Shown: positions 59,369 to 64,000 of the stretch, in pieces
How the letters are laid out: each line of letters starts with the position of its first letter
How positions within the stretch are numbered: position 1 is the first letter of the stretch
Assembly (NCBI GenBank): GCA_040384705.1
Contig: JAZKIU010000001.1
Span: forward strand, 89,907 to 153,906
From: Patescibacteria group bacterium
GTDB taxonomy: Bacteria; Patescibacteriota; Minisyncoccia; Phycocordibacterales; Phycocordibacteraceae
Reading direction: 5' to 3'
DNA: 64,000 bases
Translations under genes and position numbers: made by a program
Notes under the pieces: generated by a model
Told to the model about the DNA's origin: nothing
Seen by the model: only the letters and a program-made list of their open reading frames with translations
Database searches by the model: none

Positions 59369-60382
59369 GTGGCCCCGGATTCATATGGTCGCAAGACCGC
59401 AAGGACAGGGATAAACATGATGACAGTCGAACTGTCTCCACACGAAGAGTACGAGATCAATCAACAGGAACTGAAACTCGAGCTCTCTAGAAGTTCCTTA
59501 AAGGAAGGGGACGCGGTGAACGAAGCGACGGTTAACGCCACTGCACCTGAAAGTAAAAAAGGGGGTCCTGAAGCAAAACCCGGATCTAAGCATTTATATT
59601 TGCATCTCGGCATTGAGCAGGTCACCAAGGCATTACTCGAAGACGTGCTTGCGCCTGGAGTGCATCCGGAACCCTTTAGTCCGGATCGGGCCTACTTCGC
59701 TCGGTCGTATTACCCTCCTCGCGGCACTGCGCTTGAGTTCAAGTTCCAGCAGCTCTACCGCGATTTGAGGGGAACCCGGTCCGTTCGGCTCAGCTTCCTG
59801 CAGTGCCGCCGATTCGTAAATGGCGGCGCTACGGAGTTCATGAACTCGCGTGGGTTCATATCCTCCTGCGTGATGGTCGATGCGCCGACGGATTGGATGG
59901 AGCTTTCCCAAGTTCCTCAGTCCGTTTACGACAAGGTGGGCGCGCCACCACTGGGCGGCGAGCCTCTCTTGATTAGTATCGAACCTCCTGATGAGGCGTT
60001 GGGATATTTCGAATGTCGCCTTCGGTTCTTCCATGACCCGAGCGCGATCGCTCCCCTTAGCCTGCTTACCGAATACGCCTCCGGCGTGACCGACACAAGG
60101 AACGGCCGCATCGTTATAGGTCCATTGAGCGATAAGGCAAGAAATCTGCTGAAAGCTCATCGTTCCCGAATGTTGAGTAAGCATGTACGGTCGAGGCGGG
60201 GCACATCGCCTTCGTCGCCGAACTTTCCGGCGTATGAACCGTTCAGTGCTGTCGAACGTACTCGTCCGCCAGCACCCAAGGCGTTGCCGGCACCGGTCAG
60301 GGCTCTCCCAGCTCCTGGACAGAGCAGCGATACCGCGGGGAAAAACAAGAAACCTCCGGCTCCGAAACGACGGGGAAAATAG
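59369..60382 (+). CDS. Hypothetical protein inserted between rplE and rpsN (basic Pro-rich C-terminal tail)
   Basis: 337 aa ORF with protein-like composition; no domain recognised; start may be the internal MMTVEL. Confidence 0.5.
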   Translation: MAPDSYGRKTARTGINMMTVELSPHEEYEINQQELKLELSRSSLKEGDAVNEATVNATAPESKKGGPEAKPGSKHLYLHLGIEQVTKALLEDVLAPGVHPEPFSPDRAYFARSYYPPRGTALEFKFQQLYRDLRGTRSVRLSFLQCRRFVNGGATEFMNSRGFISSCVMVDAPTDWMELSQVPQSVYDKVGAPPLGGEPLLISIEPPDEALGYFECRLRFFHDPSAIAPLSLLTEYASGVTDTRNGRIVIGPLSDKARNLLKAHRSRMLSKHVRSRRGTSPSSPNFPAYEPFSAVERTRPPAPKALPAPVRALPAPGQSSDTAGKNKKPPAPKRRGK

Positions 60383-60413
60383 GAGCTTGTGCACCATACA
60401 CGTTCCTTACTAC

Positions 60414-60445
60414 ATGCCCGGCTTGCGAAAGCCGGGCATCCCTAT
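60414..60445 (+). terminator. Terminator-like hairpin
   Basis: ATGCCCGGC-ttgcgaaa-GCCGGGCAT, weak U tract. Confidence 0.4.
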
Positions 60446-60461
60446 CTCTATCGAAGCCCGT

Positions 60462-60490
60462 TTGACAGCGTAAATGCTAGCTGATACATT
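60462..60490 (+). promoter_or_regulatory. Putative sigma-70 promoter of rpsN (TTGACA-17-TACATT)
   Basis: Perfect -35 with 17 nt spacer and -10 TACATT, 30 nt upstream of rpsN. Confidence 0.5.
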
Positions 60491-60520
60491 ACTTGCACGC
60501 TCTCCGGAGCTATTTTTCTT

Positions 60521-60790
60521 ATGGCAAAGACCTCCCAAATCGCACGAAACACCAAGCGCGTGAAGCTTGCCGAGAAGTACGCTGAAAAGCGTGCGGCTCT
60601 TAAGGCTGCGGGTGATTTCGAGGGTCTCCAGAAGCTCCCCCGGAACTCCTCACCTGTGCGTATCAACAACCGCTGCGCAGTCTCTGGTCGTGGTCGCGGC
60701 TACATGCGTGATTTCGGCGTTTCCCGCATCGTTTTCCGCGAACTCGCCCGTGACGGCAAGATCCCGGGCGTTAAGAAGGCTTCCTGGTAA
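60521..60790 (+). CDS. rpsN: 30S ribosomal protein S14 (long, non-zinc form)
   Basis: [13 protein letters not shown]...[23 protein letters not shown]; 89 aa. Confidence 0.9.
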   Translation: MAKTSQIARNTKRVKLAEKYAEKRAALKAAGDFEGLQKLPRNSSPVRINNRCAVSGRGRGYMRDFGVSRIVFRELARDGKIPGVKKASW

Positions 60791-60797
60791 TTTTCGT

Positions 60798-61187
60798 ATG
60801 GTTACTGACCGCGTAGGAGATTTCATCATCCGTCTTAAGAATGCCGGCGCTATCGGCAAGAATGTCGTTACCGTACCGTACTCCAAGCACGTCGAAGAGA
60901 TAGCGAACAAGCTCAAGACTCTCGGATACGTCACGCACGTAGGCCCAAGCAAGAGCCCGTACGAGTTCGAGGTAACTCTCGCATTCGATGATCGCGGCCG
61001 CTCCAAGATTCGCGACGTGAAGCGTATCTCGAAGCCAGGTCGCCGCCTCTACACTCCATCGCACAGCGCGCACACCGTGAAGAACGGTACCGGTTCACGC
61101 CTCCTTTCGACCAACCGCGGTATCCTCACGGATTCCGAGGCGCGCAAGGTGAAGGCCGGTGGCGAAGACCTCTTCGAGATCTGGTAA
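60798..61187 (+). CDS. rpsH: 30S ribosomal protein S8
   Basis: MVTDRVGDFIIRLKNA canonical S8 start; the listed 206 aa ORF is an upstream read-through in the same frame. Confidence 0.9.
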   Translation: MVTDRVGDFIIRLKNAGAIGKNVVTVPYSKHVEEIANKLKTLGYVTHVGPSKSPYEFEVTLAFDDRGRSKIRDVKRISKPGRRLYTPSHSAHTVKNGTGSRLLSTNRGILTDSEARKVKAGGEDLFEIW

Positions 61188-61200
61188 TCATTTTCGTACT

Positions 61201-61737
61201 ATGTCCTTCCGTATAGCAAAGAAACCCATAGCCGTTCCGGCGAAAGTACAGGTGACCGCCACAGGCGGGGAGCTTTCCGTGAAGGGCTCGAAGGCGACGC
61301 TCGCGCGCCCTATCCACTCATCGGTTTCCATCGAGGTAACCCCTGAGGGGGTGGTCATCGCTCCTAAGGACAATTCCAAGCTCGCTCGTGCGCTCACCGG
61401 CACCTTCGCTTCGCACCTCACCGCGATGATGCAGGGCGTCGAGACCCCCTTCAAGAAGGTCCTGCAGCTCAATGGTGTGGGATACAAGGTCGAGCTCCGT
61501 GGCACGGACCTCGTGTTCTCCGTCGGTTTCTCGCACCAGGTCACCCTCGCTATCCCGAAGGAGATAACCGTTACCGTCGTGAAGAACACCATCACGGTCG
61601 AGGGTTCCGATAAGCAGCAGGTCGGGCAGTTCTCAGCGGAAGTTCGCGCGGTGAAGCCGCCGGAGCCGTACCTCGGGAAGGGCATCAAGTACGAGGATGA
61701 GGTCATCCGCCGTAAGCAGGGCAAGAAGGCCGTCTAA
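61201..61737 (+). CDS. rplF: 50S ribosomal protein L6
   Basis: MSFRIAKKPIAVPAKVQV canonical L6; the listed ORF starts spuriously upstream. Confidence 0.9.
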   Translation: MSFRIAKKPIAVPAKVQVTATGGELSVKGSKATLARPIHSSVSIEVTPEGVVIAPKDNSKLARALTGTFASHLTAMMQGVETPFKKVLQLNGVGYKVELRGTDLVFSVGFSHQVTLAIPKEITVTVVKNTITVEGSDKQQVGQFSAEVRAVKPPEPYLGKGIKYEDEVIRRKQGKKAV

Positions 61738-61743
61738 TCTTTT

Positions 61744-62094
61744 ATGGCAACTACACTCCTCAACAAGAAAGAGCTCCGCGACCGCAGGCATCGCCGCGTC
61801 CGCGCGAAGATAACTGGTACCGCAGAGCGCCCACGCCTCGCGGTGTCCAAGTCGAACAAGTTCATCTCTGCGCAGCTCATCGACGATGACGCGCAGAAGA
61901 CCGTCGCGGCGTCCCATGGACGTTCGTTCCCTGGCCCCCTCGGCAAGCAGGCTCCTGCAGTGGGTGCTGCTATCGCTGCAGCCGCGAAGAAGGCGGGCAT
62001 CACGACGGTAGTGTTCGACCGCGGCGGATTCGAGTACGGCGGGCAGATAGAGGCGGTCGCGAACGCGGCACGCGAAGGCGGACTCACTTTCTAA
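61744..62094 (+). CDS. rplR: 50S ribosomal protein L18
   Basis: RLAVSKSNKFISAQLIDD L18 signature. Confidence 0.9.
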   Translation: MATTLLNKKELRDRRHRRVRAKITGTAERPRLAVSKSNKFISAQLIDDDAQKTVAASHGRSFPGPLGKQAPAVGAAIAAAAKKAGITTVVFDRGGFEYGGQIEAVANAAREGGLTF

Positions 62095-62100
62095 TATTCT

Positions 62101-62751
62101 ATGACTGATACAACGACTCTCGACACCGATACGCAGGCTCCAGCCGAGACTGTTGCTGCGCCTGTAGAGGCGGCAGTAGTTCCGGAAGCTGCTCCAGCTG
62201 AAGCTGCAGCGCGTCCTGAGGGACGCGGCCCTATCCGTGGTCGCGGTCGCACCCAGGGCGGCCCTGGCGGCGCGCGTGGCGGTAACAACCGCGGTCGCGG
62301 TCGCGAACCGAGGGAGCGCAGCGAATTCGAGCAGGCGACCATCGAGGTCCGTCGCGTCGCCCGCGTCATGGCCGGCGGTCGCCGCTTCTCCTTCTCCGTA
62401 ACCGTCGTCATCGGCGACAAGAAGGGCCGTGTGGGCGTTGGTCTCGGCAAAGGTGCTGACACCGCGCTCGCTATCGACAAGGCAGTCCGCGACGCTAAGA
62501 AGCACCTCATCACCGTTCCTCGCACCGAGGATAACTCCATCAAGCACGATGTGACGGTGAAGTATGCCTCTTCGGTCATTTCCATAATCCCATCGCCCGG
62601 CCGCGGTATCGTCGCAGGCTCCGCTATGCGCACCGTGCTCGAGCACGCGGGCGTCACCAACGTAGTCGCGAAGATACTTTCGCGCACCAAGAACAAGCTC
62701 ACTATCGCGCGCGCGACAGTGGAGGCCCTTAAGCTGGTCCGTTCCCGCTAA
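62101..62751 (+). CDS. rpsE: 30S ribosomal protein S5 (with RG-rich low-complexity N-terminal extension)
   Basis: S5 dsRBD and C-terminal domains (RVARVMAGGRRFSFSVTVVIGD...). Confidence 0.9.
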   Translation: MTDTTTLDTDTQAPAETVAAPVEAAVVPEAAPAEAAARPEGRGPIRGRGRTQGGPGGARGGNNRGRGREPRERSEFEQATIEVRRVARVMAGGRRFSFSVTVVIGDKKGRVGVGLGKGADTALAIDKAVRDAKKHLITVPRTEDNSIKHDVTVKYASSVISIIPSPGRGIVAGSAMRTVLEHAGVTNVVAKILSRTKNKLTIARATVEALKLVRSR

Positions 62752-62762
62752 CTCATACTGGT

Positions 62763-63212
62763 ATGCAGATAAATACACTCGCTCCGAATACTGCTCGCAT
62801 CACATCGCCTCGCGTAGGGCGCGGCGGCAAGCGCGGAAAGACCTCGGGTCGCGGCACCAAGGGACAGAACGCGCGGGCCGGGCACAAGAAGCGCCCGGAG
62901 ATGCGCGATCTCATCAAGAAGCTCCCGAAGCTCCGCGGCCATGGCAAGAACCGCAGCCGCACGGTGCGTAACCGCATTCCGTACACGCCGGTGAACCTCT
63001 CCGCGCTCGAAGCTGCGTTTACCGCAGGCGACGCAGTGACGCCCGAGACCCTCTACAAGCAGGGCCTCATCCGCGCACGCGGCGGCAAGGTCGCGTTCGT
63101 AAAGATTCTCGGTACTGGTACTCTTACGAAGGCCCTCAAGGTCTCCGACTGCGAAGCTTCTGACGCCGCTAAGAAGGCGATAGAAGCTGCAGGCGGCTCC
63201 CTGGTGGCGTAA
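62763..63212 (+). CDS. rplO: 50S ribosomal protein L15 (directly after S5; no L30 gene)
   Basis: GRGGKRGKTSGRGTKGQNARAG L15 signature. Confidence 0.9.
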   Translation: MQINTLAPNTARITSPRVGRGGKRGKTSGRGTKGQNARAGHKKRPEMRDLIKKLPKLRGHGKNRSRTVRNRIPYTPVNLSALEAAFTAGDAVTPETLYKQGLIRARGGKVAFVKILGTGTLTKALKVSDCEASDAAKKAIEAAGGSLVA

Positions 63213-63224
63213 CCCGCGCACCTC

Positions 63225-64000
63225 ATGCTTTCCAACGCACTCCGCAAATTCAAAACCATCTTCACCGACCCGGTCATTCGTAACCGGCTCCTTTTCGTAG
63301 TTGCAGCCTTCGCCGTATTCCGCTTCCTCGCTTCCATTCCGATTCCGGGCGTGGACCAGGTAGCGCTCACCCAGTTCCTCAATAACAACCAGTTCCTCGG
63401 CCTCCTCAATATTTTCTCCGGCGGTGGGCTCTCGAACCTCTCCATCGTGATGCTCGGTGTGGGTCCGTACATCACCGCGTCCATCCTCATGCAGCTCGCG
63501 ACCGTCATCTCTCCCCGTGTGAAGGCGATGTATTCCGAGGAAGGGGAGCAGGGCCGTACTCGCTTCATGAGCATCAGCCGCATGATAGCGGTGCCGTTCG
63601 CGGTGCTCCAGGGTGTCGCATTCCTCACCCTTCTCGAGTCCCAGGGCATCGTGACCACCCTCACCCCGTTTGATTTCGCGGTGAACGTCATCCTCATCGG
63701 CGCAGGCTCCATGCTCCTTATGTGGATCGGTGAGCTCATCACCGAGTTCGGTATTGGTAACGGCGTTTCGCTCATCATCTTCGCCGGTATCGTCGCTGCG
63801 CTTCCTGCAGGCCTCTCCCAGGCGCTCTTCACTGCAACTGCCGCGAACATTCCCGCATACGTCGGTTTCGCCGTGCTCGCGCTCCTCGTCATCCTGGCGG
63901 TGGTGCTTGTTTCCGAAGCTGAGCGTTCCATCCCTATCCACTACGCCCGCCAGGTGCGTGGGGCTACGGGCGGCGCACCGACCTATCTTCCGGTCCGTCT
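63225..64000 (+). CDS. secY: Preprotein translocase subunit SecY (5' partial, runs off window end)
   Basis: MLSNALRKFKTIFTDPVIRNRLLFVVAAFAVFRFLASIPIPGVD and following TM helices; no stop within window. Confidence 0.85.
   Translation, partial: MLSNALRKFKTIFTDPVIRNRLLFVVAAFAVFRFLASIPIPGVDQVALTQFLNNNQFLGLLNIFSGGGLSNLSIVMLGVGPYITASILMQLATVISPRVKAMYSEEGEQGRTRFMSISRMIAVPFAVLQGVAFLTLLESQGIVTTLTPFDFAVNVILIGAGSMLLMWIGELITEFGIGNGVSLIIFAGIVAALPAGLSQALFTATAANIPAYVGFAVLALLVILAVVLVSEAERSIPIHYARQVRGATGGAPTYLPVR

Noticed and set aside
60567-61187. 206 aa ORF spanning rpsN and rpsH
   Set aside because: It is an in-frame upstream read-through. S8 homology begins at MVTDRVGDF (60798) right after the rpsN stop. 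The listed L6 ORF (61159) has the same kind of upstream read-through, and its real start is 61201.
61633-63941. 381 aa, 397 aa and 292 aa minus-strand ORFs
   Set aside because: They are antisense to rplF, rplR, rpsE, rplO and secY. The plus-strand ribosomal genes are unequivocal.

Overview
This 64 kb window comes from a moderately high-GC (about 55-62%) bacterial chromosome. It is gene-dense and mostly housekeeping, but with several accessory insertions. It resembles a small-genome, ultrasmall-bacterium (CPR/Patescibacteria-like) lineage: no ribosomal protein L30, weak Shine-Dalgarno sites, scattered pilins, a split ComEC, and many small hypothetical genes.

From 5' to 3' the window contains:
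- cca.
- A tRNA-Gly / tRNA-Pro / tRNA-Gly cluster.
- A secreted S1 serine protease.
- A secreted acidic peptidoglycan-binding protein.
- rarA, hup, rny, clpP, ppa and nusA.
- A type IV pilus / competence block: pilB, a small membrane protein, pilC, a roughly 2.9 kb lower-GC island, then three minor-pilin-like genes.
- tpiA, pgk, a HIT-family gene, recJ and rnhA.
- A split ComEC. The membrane competence domain at 28.5 kb and a separate MBL-fold domain at 31.5 kb are divided by sodA, mazG-like and NUDIX genes.
- rpmB, an M50 protease and an EEP nuclease.
- A secreted peptidoglycan-binding + FN3 protein.
- A protein with three sigma-r4-like HTH repeats.
- An 878 aa secreted lipase-like alpha/beta hydrolase.

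From 41.1 kb onward is the ribosomal str/S10/spc super-operon (rpsL, rpsG, fusA, tuf, rpsJ, rplC through rplO, secY). It is unusually fragmented by five accessory insertions, each bounded by terminators and promoters. Two of the insertions carry type IV pilin genes.

Highlights of the hunt:
- An unexplained cluster of TTCACGTGAA palindromes.
- A promoter-plus-terminator-defined roughly 65 nt candidate small RNA.
- Palindrome-rich non-coding segments inside the ribosomal locus.
- An attenuator-like leader immediately upstream of rplC.

No CRISPR array, transposase or integrase was recognised.
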